From positions 29,793-93,792 of the IMG/VR virus record IMGVR_UViG_3300030329_006034: DNA of 64,000 nucleotides, one strand, 5' to 3'. This DNA comes from a virus. The translations under genes and the position numbers were made by a program. Shown piece by piece: positions 18,701 through 27,159 of the stretch (positions are counted from its first letter, which is position 1; the number at the start of each line of letters is the position of its first letter). Below the pieces are notes generated by a model. That model searched no databases. It was not told where the DNA came from and saw only the letters and a program-made list of their open reading frames with translations.

Positions 18701-21700
18701 TTCAAGCTCTTCCTTATTAATAGTACCATCTTCATTCATGACACCGGGAAAAGCATCCAGAAAATTTCCTTCTGTTGGTGGGTCGCCTTCACCGTCCCAT
18801 CCTTCATTTTCGTCCCGGATCTGCCGAACTTCTCCATCAACTTCTGGTCCTGTTCCCACCGGTGCACCTACGTTAACCGGTTCAGTTCTCTCAACTTCAC
18901 CTGGCTCGTTAGGATCCGGATCAGCCGGCGCCTCAGGATCCGGATCATCTGGCTCAATAGGCTTGCTCTTCTGCCTTTCGTCATTAATACCGGGTACTGG
19001 ATCTTGTCCCGGCACAACGACATCATCTCCCTCGCCCGGCTGGCTCGCCGGTTCGAACCACCTCTCAATCGCCCCGAGTGCGATTCCTATTCGCGCACCA
19101 TCTTCTGGAACGTCACGGAATAAACCGCCACTCTCCCAACCATCATTAGGTCTATGAAAAACAAGATAAGGGTCACGATCATCGGCGAATAAACGAGCGT
19201 CTAATGATGCATTCTTGGCATTTGAAAGTTCTACAGTGATACCCAAGTTATTATCAAAGACAACATCTATAATATTGCCTTTATTGTCCCGAGTAATAGT
19301 CATAGGAATTCCACGTTCATCGGGCCCGGGAAGGAGAGCCCCTCCAAGAGCGTCAAAACTTCGATGTCTCCATTGGCTCACCCCGAGACCGGGTAACCCT
19401 TCTCGGTTAATCCTCTCAACCTCGGCACCACTTCTTCCAACCAAATGTTGTTGTTCTGGATGTCTAAATAAAACTCTTTCTTGTCGCGATTGTCCTTGGT
19501 TACGCACATTGCGTTTAGCTTTAGGATTTTGTAACGCACCTGGTCCTCTAACACTAACGGTTACAGGACTTCTTTGTTGTGTGCCAGTTGGTTGCTGTCG
19601 TGAAGTTGCAACTAGTGTATAAGTGTTATCGGCATTTAGTTGAGCGTGTAATTCCTGCGTAACAACTACATTTTGCCCACCTCCACCTTCAAACAGGCCT
19701 TGAAAGTTAGATGCGTTTTGTTGCTGTACCTTATTATAGGCGGTGTAGTTATTAGGTGGTGACGTTCCATAAGTATTAGGCGGAAAAGTCGTACCTGCCT
19801 CCTCCGGTGGCATCGTCGTACTATCCTCATCCGGTGGCATCGTCGTACTATCTGTGCTATAATTTGGTGCAGTATTTGTATTGAGATCTTCTAAAGGATC
19901 TCCTGTTGGTGGGTTATGTGTCCACCCTAACTGCTCGAGCTCTAAATGCTGCTTAAAAGTAGTAGTATATATTCCGTACCCCTCAGCATCATACATGTAA
20001 TGCGGTGTAAAGGTCACTTGTGTGTAGACAGGATCATTTGCTGAACTTTGTGACTTTGATGGAGCAGGAGTTGATGGTGCCGGAGCCCGAGGAAACGGCG
20101 TTGCCTCTACATTTGGATTTGGTGTAGTTGTCCGCGTTGTGGGTCGCGGTGGCATTGTTGGCATAGGCCCGGGCTCAAATGGATCCGGTGTTGTAGGTGC
20201 AATCGGTCTTCTTGTTGTAGTTGTAGTAGTAATAGGCTCCGGAGCTGAAGTAGTAGTAGTAACATCATCGGGCTCGGTCACCGTAGGTGAAACACTTGGC
20301 TTACCTGTTGAGATATCAACTGTGCGCAGTTTATGCACCTTACTATCTGTCTGTACGCTAAGGCTCTCCATAGCCTCATTGATCTTACTCTGTGTTTCAG
20401 AATTACCGTAAAATGGACCCTCTAAATTTGTGGTATGTGTTTCAATTAAAATGGGCGTGTCTTCAGTATATATAAATGCTGGTCCACTACTATCACCCTT
20501 TCCTAACCCTTCCCTTAGATTACCGTCGTACTCATCAGCGTATTCATCTGGAAGAGAGGTATATAAGACCACTTTTTCTCCTGCTTTTCCCAGCCTATTC
20601 GCGGCTTGAAAGCTTACTACTTTTGGAAGTGTTTTTCTCTCTTGATCGATTACAACAACATATGCGCCTGTTAACTCTTTATTGTATCCACCTACCGGCC
20701 GTGGTTCTGGTACAGGGTAGATTTCAGTATTTTCGACCGGTGCATTAAGAATACCGACGCTAATATCTGCACCTTGTAGCGGCTCGACCGCTACGATAGT
20801 ACGTGTAACTCGCTCGCCGCTATTGTTAATAAAGTTAACAGTGTTACCAGGCATACGTAAATCCCAGTGCTTCGACATTACAAAGTGAGTAGGTGAAACT
20901 AAAGTTACAGCTTTTTTGTACCCGGGCGTTGGATATGAGGGAGCTTTTTCACTAACTCCAGAGAGATTTACCTTGCTATTAAGATCTGGTAAGATTGATA
21001 GGAGTAATGTGTTTATTTCTTTTGATACTGTATCGTCGGCTGTTGGTTTTTGAAGCCGGGGATCCACCGTGGTTTTATCGGTATCAAAACTATCAACATC
21101 TGAAGTGGTATTGTACGTAGTCGATCCGGATCCGGATCCAGTATAAATACTAGTATCGACAGTAGAATTGCGTACTATTAACTCCTCAAAGGTTATAGAC
21201 CAGTCTTCTGATGTATCTACTATAAAGCTATCTATACTATCCGGGTAATAATATGTCGTCCCAGCTGCAGTATCAACCCTAACTCTATTTGGATTCTTCG
21301 AGTCGTAGCTTTCGTAATCTACATCATATGATTCACCTTCATAACCTTTAAAAAAAGCCGACCCTAGCATCGCGAAGTATTTTTTTAAATTCGGGCCTTT
21401 ATTTAGTGTTGTGTCTTTGCCAGACTTAGGATTATTCCAGTACCAGGGACCTGTAGGCCAACAGCATGTTGTTGTACTAGTTGAAGTTGAAGTTGACGTT
21501 GATGTACTTGTACTTGTACTAGTTGATGTAGATGTACTAGTTGAAGTTGAGGTTGTAGTAGTTACATCATCACATTCACAGCAAATCTCTATACAGCATC
21601 CGCAGCTTTCTATTAGTAAATATAAGTCTGATCCTGGATCGCTAGGATTTATTCGGGCTGGAATCGCATCATTAATTCCTTGCCTGTCCTTTAGGATGAC

Positions 21701-21892
21701 TGAAAGGAAAGGTGTAGTTGCGTTTTTTTTGTATATCTTATATAACGGCCCGCCTCCGGATACTGATGTTATTTTGATCGTTCCCTCTTTACAATTACAC
21801 TCGTATTTTACCGTTACTGTGTCATTAGAACATTGTCCGGGATTGCTGTTACAATCACTACTCGAGTTACTAGCTGAACTATCATTAGCCAT
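15716..21892 (-). CDS. Giant mucin-like Cys/Thr-rich modular virion protein with a trypsin-like serine protease domain
   Basis: (TS)n and poly-T tracts; four CC-P-W[YF][WF]...C[YF][KR][IL]...W-x-x-CxCC units; TLVSPTHFVMSKH / ADI / GDSSGP triad; DxDxDG loops. Confidence 0.8.
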   Translation of the reverse strand: MANDSSASNSSSDCNSNPGQCSNDTVTVKYECNCKEGTIKITSVSGGGPLYKIYKKNATTPFLSVILKDRQGINDAIPARINPSDPGSDLYLLIESCGCCIEICCECDDVTTTTSTSTSTSTSTSTSTSTSTSTSTSTSTTTCCWPTGPWYWNNPKSGKDTTLNKGPNLKKYFAMLGSAFFKGYEGESYDVDYESYDSKNPNRVRVDTAAGTTYYYPDSIDSFIVDTSEDWSITFEELIVRNSTVDTSIYTGSGSGSTTYNTTSDVDSFDTDKTTVDPRLQKPTADDTVSKEINTLLLSILPDLNSKVNLSGVSEKAPSYPTPGYKKAVTLVSPTHFVMSKHWDLRMPGNTVNFINNSGERVTRTIVAVEPLQGADISVGILNAPVENTEIYPVPEPRPVGGYNKELTGAYVVVIDQERKTLPKVVSFQAANRLGKAGEKVVLYTSLPDEYADEYDGNLREGLGKGDSSGPAFIYTEDTPILIETHTTNLEGPFYGNSETQSKINEAMESLSVQTDSKVHKLRTVDISTGKPSVSPTVTEPDDVTTTTSAPEPITTTTTTRRPIAPTTPDPFEPGPMPTMPPRPTTRTTTPNPNVEATPFPRAPAPSTPAPSKSQSSANDPVYTQVTFTPHYMYDAEGYGIYTTTFKQHLELEQLGWTHNPPTGDPLEDLNTNTAPNYSTDSTTMPPDEDSTTMPPEEAGTTFPPNTYGTSPPNNYTAYNKVQQQNASNFQGLFEGGGGQNVVVTQELHAQLNADNTYTLVATSRQQPTGTQQRSPVTVSVRGPGALQNPKAKRNVRNQGQSRQERVLFRHPEQQHLVGRSGAEVERINREGLPGLGVSQWRHRSFDALGGALLPGPDERGIPMTITRDNKGNIIDVVFDNNLGITVELSNAKNASLDARLFADDRDPYLVFHRPNDGWESGGLFRDVPEDGARIGIALGAIERWFEPASQPGEGDDVVVPGQDPVPGINDERQKSKPIEPDDPDPEAPADPDPNEPGEVERTEPVNVGAPVGTGPEVDGEVRQIRDENEGWDGEGDPPTEGNFLDAFPGVMNEDGTINKEELEKAAKKGIVIKHNGKCYRLINWEALYNSRESSQSNSDGSAESYNPKQEDPACIDPSLSSAVWKECRCCKKKPPGKPDITTTTSTSTSTTSPPTTTSTTTPCPKCCPPKGEWYFEKETATKEEVKQGNYKNIYIELAATGADKKQATEDDFNGEWAATPTAVLVVKDNNSAGIEWEKCLDDSDGQCYKIVNEDLVRQNLDRSPAELVAAAYQFDNEQSVEDRFGKGHWDNEIPIGYNGLENPVEAGHAAGGWEYCECCPDKDDVTTTTSTSTSTSTSTSTSTSTSTSTSTSTSTSTTTPCCVPECAPPAERLAMWFWDNARDNYLRPFDGTAENGLVFWEGPEFEAKTYAEGLAPGVFPNQLRHEGMDEDPDRSEFDVAGALLENDLFKARSMVQFTVNQGYITPEQANDLWARLEQWKAEYLDEDKRRCFKIHDAEWVNQNKDTRPSEDIRENGELPDDDTDGDGEVDRGLGWRECECCPCCPPTNCNLCWYWKARNNNVFVDLGFVKFEPAFKGEWSDPENISVPRGDSDAAVARRAEIRRQLESVKVTDPNNPDRKIRGIRIIKVEPGRWTIQRIKIVRDLEDKDEDGIPDNDKFPVEVEEGTVIKYCCTDPPFGAEGFVDDVIEDALQEGRDALAAVKKAEEALAEEPAGSAGAEAAQEKLDEAQGRLNQARIDYNIAKGNVGGLIQQIVENEDWLAPQQEDQLRTLLSQERRLQEIHGGVPPEDLERPDWALNRFDNLLADPERARQDINDALARERLIENDENWNAVKPGNELTIGDIKDGDRLKQFKNEDGEVVFDPNRKKDANNDGVISEEEEENWEGGLEDVAKNFDEDCREACRPICFKIINADFVNANPMLNPAIDVLMHVNDPAMNPQNKKKPAKLRTKDLEPKDKGLGWEMCECCPCPPTDDTPGGQPIGPPNPPVTRPPIIVVGGGDPVFPPIPSTTRRRRRTTTPTTTPTVTTTTVTTPPPPTTICPPESRGGPRCNVLKF
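17812..17915 (-). repeat. Thr/Ser mucin-like tract
   Basis: DDVTTTTSTSTST...TTTP with mixed synonymous codons. Confidence 0.9.
18405..18470 (-). repeat. Thr/Ser/Pro mucin-like tract
   Basis: DITTTTSTSTSTTSPPTTTSTTTP. Confidence 0.85.
19801..19853 (-). repeat. 27-bp tandem duplication (DSTTMPPDE/DSTTMPPEE)
   Basis: tccggtggcatcgtcgtactatc occurs twice with a 27-bp period. Confidence 0.9.
21467..21562 (-). repeat. Thr/Ser mucin-like tract
   Basis: DDVTTTTSTST...TTTCC. Confidence 0.9.
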
Positions 21893-21894
21893 AA

Positions 21895-22788
21895 TTATAC
21901 AGATCTAGCTGTTATATCACTAACAGTAGAAATAACAGTATTTTCATTAACTGGTATTTCTGCACTAGTAATTGTTTCGGTTAATACAGAATAACCTACA
22001 TATCCCTCTGTATGAAAGTTCTTTAAAAAGAATTCTTTGGCACTTAGGTTAACAGCAGTAGCAGATACAGGCGTTGTAAATGAAAACCCGCAATATATAT
22101 CATCTAGATTACTATAGTTTTCTAATCTAAACCCTAAATCAACGGTCGTTAATGGAGAGTAGGTTGTAGTGTCTGAGTCGTGGTAGTCTATAAATAATTT
22201 TTGTCCTAAGTTTACATATCTAAATCTTAGCGTTCTAAATGTATCCGTTGAAAGAGTACTAAACGATGTAGATATAGCAGAAAGGTGCTCGTTAAGAATA
22301 ACGTTATGGTTATAATCTCTCAAGATAAGAGATTCCTTTTTCTTATAATCATACCCGACGCCCGGTCGACTATCACGGCCATCTACGGCGTATAGTCCCG
22401 TTGTATCAAATGCTATTTTTAATAAAACACCGCTTAATGCGTTTTCTTCAACTTCTATAAATTCACCGGCTTCTGTAAGTAAAGAAGCACCTGCTTCTGT
22501 AGTGAGCTTGCCTCCAGATAAAATCCACGCAGGGTCTGAGTCTCCTATATATTGACCCGGTAATGCTGAAATTGGAGAAGATAGAGTAGTTAGAAATGTA
22601 GCAAATGCTAGTTGGTAGTCTTCAGGATCTTCGATGTTAAGTACTTCGCTATTTGTAATAGTAGTTTGTGGTAATTTATACTGAAAAGACCATACTATAT
22701 CATAATTAGAATTATATTTTCTTTTTGTTTCTATAAAAGAATAATATCTTGCGTCAGTTGGCAAAGTAATGTCACTAGGGAAAGCCAT
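21895..22788 (-). CDS. Virion protein, possible ConA/legume-lectin-like fold
   Basis: Beta-rich; LKIAFDT, YCGFSF; own TAAATA box. Confidence 0.5.
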   Translation of the reverse strand: MAFPSDITLPTDARYYSFIETKRKYNSNYDIVWSFQYKLPQTTITNSEVLNIEDPEDYQLAFATFLTTLSSPISALPGQYIGDSDPAWILSGGKLTTEAGASLLTEAGEFIEVEENALSGVLLKIAFDTTGLYAVDGRDSRPGVGYDYKKKESLILRDYNHNVILNEHLSAISTSFSTLSTDTFRTLRFRYVNLGQKLFIDYHDSDTTTYSPLTTVDLGFRLENYSNLDDIYCGFSFTTPVSATAVNLSAKEFFLKNFHTEGYVGYSVLTETITSAEIPVNENTVISTVSDITARSV

Positions 22789-22806
22789 GTACTTATATTT
22801 AATTAC

Positions 22807-23019
22807 TCAACCTTTTATAAAAGTACAGGTCAAAGAATTAGTTGCGCGTAATCTAGTTTTAAAAACTAAAGCATATCCAAGTTTACCCAATTCTCTAAAT
22901 ACTGTACCAAAGTAATCTTCATGAACGTTAACTAGTATACTATCAAATATTTCATCATATAAGACAAAATCAGAGAACTCTTCACAGAGCGCGCTGCCTC
23001 TCTGATAACTTGCCTTCAT
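22807..23019 (-). CDS. Hypothetical protein
   Basis: TAAATA-N5-ATG. Confidence 0.6.
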   Translation of the reverse strand: MKASYQRGSALCEEFSDFVLYDEIFDSILVNVHEDYFGTVFRELGKLGYALVFKTRLRATNSLTCTFIKG

Positions 23020-23027
23020 ACTAGTAT

Positions 23028-23195
23028 TTATTCATTAAATACCTGTATTATTTCTTCAATCTTATCTAAAAGAATATTTGTTTTTTCGATTTCAGCAGTT
23101 TCATCTATAGAAAAAGATGTATGAGATTTTAGAATATTCTTAAGAACTACAAAATCTTGATAATCTAATCCTTCTACTATTACTTCATCAGCCAT
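23028..23195 (-). CDS. Small hypothetical protein (possible fibre chaperone)
   Basis: Start re-called at MADEV, TAAATT-N5-ATG. Confidence 0.55.
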   Translation of the reverse strand: MADEVIVEGLDYQDFVVLKNILKSHTSFSIDETAEIEKTNILLDKIEEIIQVFNE

Positions 23196-23228
23196 ATACA
23201 AATTTATGTATATCCGGGTGTTTATCAA

Positions 23229-24848
23229 CTAGGACCATTCAAACTTAACCATCCCAGGTCCAACGCAATATACTGGCGGGCCGCATCCGTTTTGCCCTCC
23301 TCCTCCAGCACCTGGCGCCGGCGCTGATCCCCAGTAAGAGGAAGCACCAGCACTATGGAGACATTCCCCAACACTAAGAATTCCACCATAACCACCTGTT
23401 AATACGTGGCCTGTAGCTACATATTCGTTACCGGTATTAATAGTGCCTTCTCCATGAAGTGGTATACTTCCGGTCGACGTGCGTCCACCATTAGAAATAG
23501 CAAGGTTACCGCCGCCTTTACTTATTAGACTTTGGTTACCGTTAGTATTAATTCCTGTGGGATTAGTTCCCACTGTCACACTAAAAGTAGTTCCTGCTGG
23601 AGCTGATATATAACCAGTCACAGTAGATGCAGCACCACCTGGTTTATTACCACCTGTAGCACCGGATCCTGTAACATAAAATTTAACAAACTCGATACCA
23701 GCCGGCATTTGGAAACCATTGGCAAACGTACCAGGTGTTGTAAGTACACAAGTACCTGGTGTAGGTCGTTCAATCTTTACACTACCGCTTAGAGGGTTAA
23801 ATGCTACTCCGGTTATATCGTCAGCATTTATACGCGCAGATAAGTTTTTACTAATAGTAAATGTTGGACTAGTTACACCACCAACCGCTTTAATTATAAA
23901 CATTGTACCGGTAGCGGATAATGTTGAAGCAGTTGTGGTACTGTTGACCTGGAACAATGTACTGTTAAACGGGTCATCAGACCCATATAGTGCTTTACTG
24001 GTAAAGTCAGGCACTTTAAAGCTAGAAGGCGTCCCGCCGTATTGTGTTGTTATAATTGCTGAGAGATCTGGGTAATCTGCGTTTAATACTTCCCTACCAT
24101 CGCAAGGCAACCAACCATTCGGGAAATGAGGATTACCAGCAGTAGATACATATGGTACTATGGTACCTGCAGGAATCAAAGCTGCGGTAGTTGGTGCTAC
24201 CCCTGTTGTTATAATATTAGGATTACCCCACCCTAGTGCGCCAGAAGCATCGGCTCGTAAATATTGATCCTTTTCAGGCGCGCCTAAAGGGAATGTATAA
24301 TCGATTGCATTAATTTTTAGCTTAGATGGTAAAGTAAAATAATCATCAGCATTAGTAGACGCTTGATTAATCCGATCGGTTACTATAGTACTGCTAAGAG
24401 TTACACGCCCTGAACTATCTAGAGTTTGACCTTCACCGAGAGCATCTGCAGAGAAATTATTTGCTGATAAAGTACCTACTGTAATTTCTTCAGCTGCATT
24501 TATTGTTATAGTTTGATTTCCAGCTGTATTATTAGTAGCTACTTTATACCAATTTTCAGCTAAGCTTCCAACACCGGATACACAAACAAAAAATGAATTG
24601 TTGTCGGTGTCGTATGCATAATCGCCAATATCAACAGGTGCCAGTGTCGTTAAATTTGCAGCTCTACCCTTATACTTGTTGCCTACTAAATTACCGCCTA
24701 CTGTTGTACCATCACCTATCCACAGTCTTTTTGTATCTGTCGTATACCCCAACTCTCCGCTATCTAAAGTAATTTGCTGCCGATCATAATCAGTCCCTCT
24801 CCTTACTAGGAGCTTTAATAACGTGTTTTCTAAAATTTCAATACCCAT
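23229..24848 (-). CDS. Tail fibre with Mtd-N/hyaluronidase-N-like start, tail-collar domain and Gly-rich C-terminus
   Basis: VRRG...GELGYTTDTKRLWIGDG; IPAGTIVPY...GWLPCDG...YPDL...FKVPD. Confidence 0.85.
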   Translation of the reverse strand: MGIEILENTLLKLLVRRGTDYDRQQITLDSGELGYTTDTKRLWIGDGTTVGGNLVGNKYKGRAANLTTLAPVDIGDYAYDTDNNSFFVCVSGVGSLAENWYKVATNNTAGNQTITINAAEEITVGTLSANNFSADALGEGQTLDSSGRVTLSSTIVTDRINQASTNADDYFTLPSKLKINAIDYTFPLGAPEKDQYLRADASGALGWGNPNIITTGVAPTTAALIPAGTIVPYVSTAGNPHFPNGWLPCDGREVLNADYPDLSAIITTQYGGTPSSFKVPDFTSKALYGSDDPFNSTLFQVNSTTTASTLSATGTMFIIKAVGGVTSPTFTISKNLSARINADDITGVAFNPLSGSVKIERPTPGTCVLTTPGTFANGFQMPAGIEFVKFYVTGSGATGGNKPGGAASTVTGYISAPAGTTFSVTVGTNPTGINTNGNQSLISKGGGNLAISNGGRTSTGSIPLHGEGTINTGNEYVATGHVLTGGYGGILSVGECLHSAGASSYWGSAPAPGAGGGGQNGCGPPVYCVGPGMVKFEWS

Positions 24849-24864
24849 TGTCTTATATATTTAT

Positions 24865-26376
24865 TTACCAGTTAAATACAGGAATTGCAAATCTATCAAA
24901 AGGTTCTGTACATCCAGGTCTTCTACCACTGCCAGATAATGCGAATCTTATAAATCCTGCTGAGCTTAGTCTCGTGGTAACCCCTTGACAATCTAAAGCC
25001 TCATATACTTTTTGATTATACATACCTTGATATCCTCTAGACACCTGGTTCGGAGCTCCGTTAAATAATTCATTGTTACCATCTGCCGCAGAGTATCTAA
25101 TAATAAAGTTAAATCCTTGCGCGCTTAGGGTTCCTGCGTCATTAAAACCACCGCCTGGGTCAGTGGCACCACTTATATAGTAAGTTGTTGAATCTGGTGC
25201 ACCAGCATCAGAACCATATAGTAAAACATCACCACCGGTTAGAGCAGGTACTCTAAAGAAATTACCTGGAGGGGATGGTAACCCGTTTGTGTTGTCATAT
25301 CTATTTCCGATAACGTTATACAAATCTCTGTAATTCGAATCAACAGTAGATGAATATATATTACCATCACAAAGTAAGTATCCATCAGGTATTACACTAA
25401 AGGCACGTGCGTGAGGTAATATAGTTCCTATTGGAACATCATCACCTGAAGCGCCACCTGATAACCCAGTAGCTGTTACAACATCATAAATAGAACTTGC
25501 CATTCCATTTATAATTCCATTAGATATATTAAAAAGAGCAAATTCACTAGCAGAAGTATCAGATGAGTTAGTAGAAAAGCCATTAGCTATACCAATAACA
25601 CCGTCACTACCTCTAGTTAAAGAGCTATCAACACCTGTAAATGTACCTTCTAACTTTTGTGTGCTAGCATTTAACGCTAATCCATTTCCGATAGAGTTTG
25701 GATCGAAGCTAGAGTACTTAGTAGTGTGTGTTCCGAGATTAGCTAAATAGAGGCGGTCATTAACGTCAAATTCGAATTGCGCTGGGTCAACATTAACCCT
25801 AATGGTGGCCCCATTACCACCCGAAATACCAGCACCTAAAGCAGTGGTAGATATTTCTCTTGCACCAATGGAATTTTGCTTAATACTAATCTTCCCGGCA
25901 GATATTTCATTAAAAACAGTACTATAGGCTACCGCCATCCTGTCGCCTACTTTTACGAGACCATCACCAAAAATATCGTTAGTAAATTCACTAGTATTTA
26001 CTGAGCTTTTAGCTACTATTATACTATTATTTGCTCCATAATCTAAGGTTAATCCAGGAACAGGTCCAATATATGCATGCCCGGAGAGAGGGTCGTCACC
26101 ACCATAATCTACACTGGTTAGCATGTACAGCTTACTGTTAGCATATGCGATATCACCAACTTCGGCTCCTTCTATAGTTCCTAAACTAGATTCGAGATTA
26201 AATGGTCCGTAGTTTATATTAGAGACCGCTCGACCACCTACCGAAGCACCATCACCGACATATAACCTTCTAGTATCTAAAGTGTATCCCAATTCACCCT
26301 GATCGAGTATAATAGACCTTCGTTGCTGGTTAGTACCGCGCCTTACTTTTAATTTTACTATACTTACGTCTGCCAT
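24865..26376 (-). CDS. Tail fibre with Mtd-N-like start and tail-collar domain
   Basis: KVRRG...GELGYTLDTRRLYVGDG; VPIGTILP...GYLLCDG...FRVP. Confidence 0.85.
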   Translation of the reverse strand: MADVSIVKLKVRRGTNQQRRSIILDQGELGYTLDTRRLYVGDGASVGGRAVSNINYGPFNLESSLGTIEGAEVGDIAYANSKLYMLTSVDYGGDDPLSGHAYIGPVPGLTLDYGANNSIIVAKSSVNTSEFTNDIFGDGLVKVGDRMAVAYSTVFNEISAGKISIKQNSIGAREISTTALGAGISGGNGATIRVNVDPAQFEFDVNDRLYLANLGTHTTKYSSFDPNSIGNGLALNASTQKLEGTFTGVDSSLTRGSDGVIGIANGFSTNSSDTSASEFALFNISNGIINGMASSIYDVVTATGLSGGASGDDVPIGTILPHARAFSVIPDGYLLCDGNIYSSTVDSNYRDLYNVIGNRYDNTNGLPSPPGNFFRVPALTGGDVLLYGSDAGAPDSTTYYISGATDPGGGFNDAGTLSAQGFNFIIRYSAADGNNELFNGAPNQVSRGYQGMYNQKVYEALDCQGVTTRLSSAGFIRFALSGSGRRPGCTEPFDRFAIPVFNW

Positions 26377-26384
26377 TTTTTAAA

Positions 26385-27146
26385 TTATTGTGTTCTTTTC
26401 CATATATAAGCCCCATAACTTATAGGCGATATACTAAATGCCGTTGCAGCCCCACCATCGGTGCCACCTGTATCTGAAAGTCTTTGTGCTATTGGCTGTA
26501 TCCCAGGAAATGCATAGATTGGCTCTGAAGATTGGTCGCCAGTATTTGGAACCAATTGGTTTATGGGTCCTGCAAATTCATCTTCTGCGGTTCCATCCGG
26601 AGGCGAACCTGGTGTCGACGGCCAAGACAAAATATTTTTATACCCTCCATCTTGGCCACTAGGAACGTGTGTGTGTTTGGGCATTTGCTCTTTAATTAAA
26701 GAAACAACAGAAGTTTGACCATCGTGTGACGGTCCCATACCTCCATTGTTATTTCCAGATACATATCCGGTATAATCTGTACTTGGATTTTGACCACCCA
26801 CTCCAACTAAAAATCTTCCTTCTGCAACTCGCTCCCATACAGTACCTGGTATTCTTTCACCTGGATCCGCACCGTCTACGGTAGTTATCTGAATTGATCC
26901 AACTGGAAAAAACATATCAACTAAACTAGTAATTTCGTTGTTGCCAGCCTCCTCAGACCGAACATGCTGCTCAGGAAGCTCAACGTTGTTAGCTATTACC
27001 TTTGTACCGCTAAGGGCAATCCCAGTGACGTTGCCGTCGCCGTCATATATATCCCTCTTTGGGGTCTTATTCAAATTTCCACCACTCAAGTGTAATAACG
27101 ATGAATAGGTTTCTGATATGAATTCGTTCCGTAGACTTGCTGACAT
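26385..27146 (-). CDS. Baseplate/short-fibre protein with gp10 C-terminal-like domain
   Basis: FPVGSI...PG...WERVAEGRFLVGVG...MPKHTH...YIWKRT. Confidence 0.75.
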   Translation of the reverse strand: MSASLRNEFISETYSSLLHLSGGNLNKTPKRDIYDGDGNVTGIALSGTKVIANNVELPEQHVRSEEAGNNEITSLVDMFFPVGSIQITTVDGADPGERIPGTVWERVAEGRFLVGVGGQNPSTDYTGYVSGNNNGGMGPSHDGQTSVVSLIKEQMPKHTHVPSGQDGGYKNILSWPSTPGSPPDGTAEDEFAGPINQLVPNTGDQSSEPIYAFPGIQPIAQRLSDTGGTDGGAATAFSISPISYGAYIWKRTQ

Positions 27147-27159
27147 AATATTATTTATT

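Noticed and set aside
15732-21908. Long plus-strand ORFs (Val/Ser/Gly-rich) opposite the giant gene
   Set aside because: They are antisense shadows of Thr/Pro/GC-rich codons, with no promoter box and no recognisable motifs.
23229-26376. Diversity-generating retroelement suggested by Mtd-N-like fibre starts
   Set aside because: No reverse transcriptase and no TR/VR pair differing at adenines was seen; the motif is a generic fibre attachment domain.
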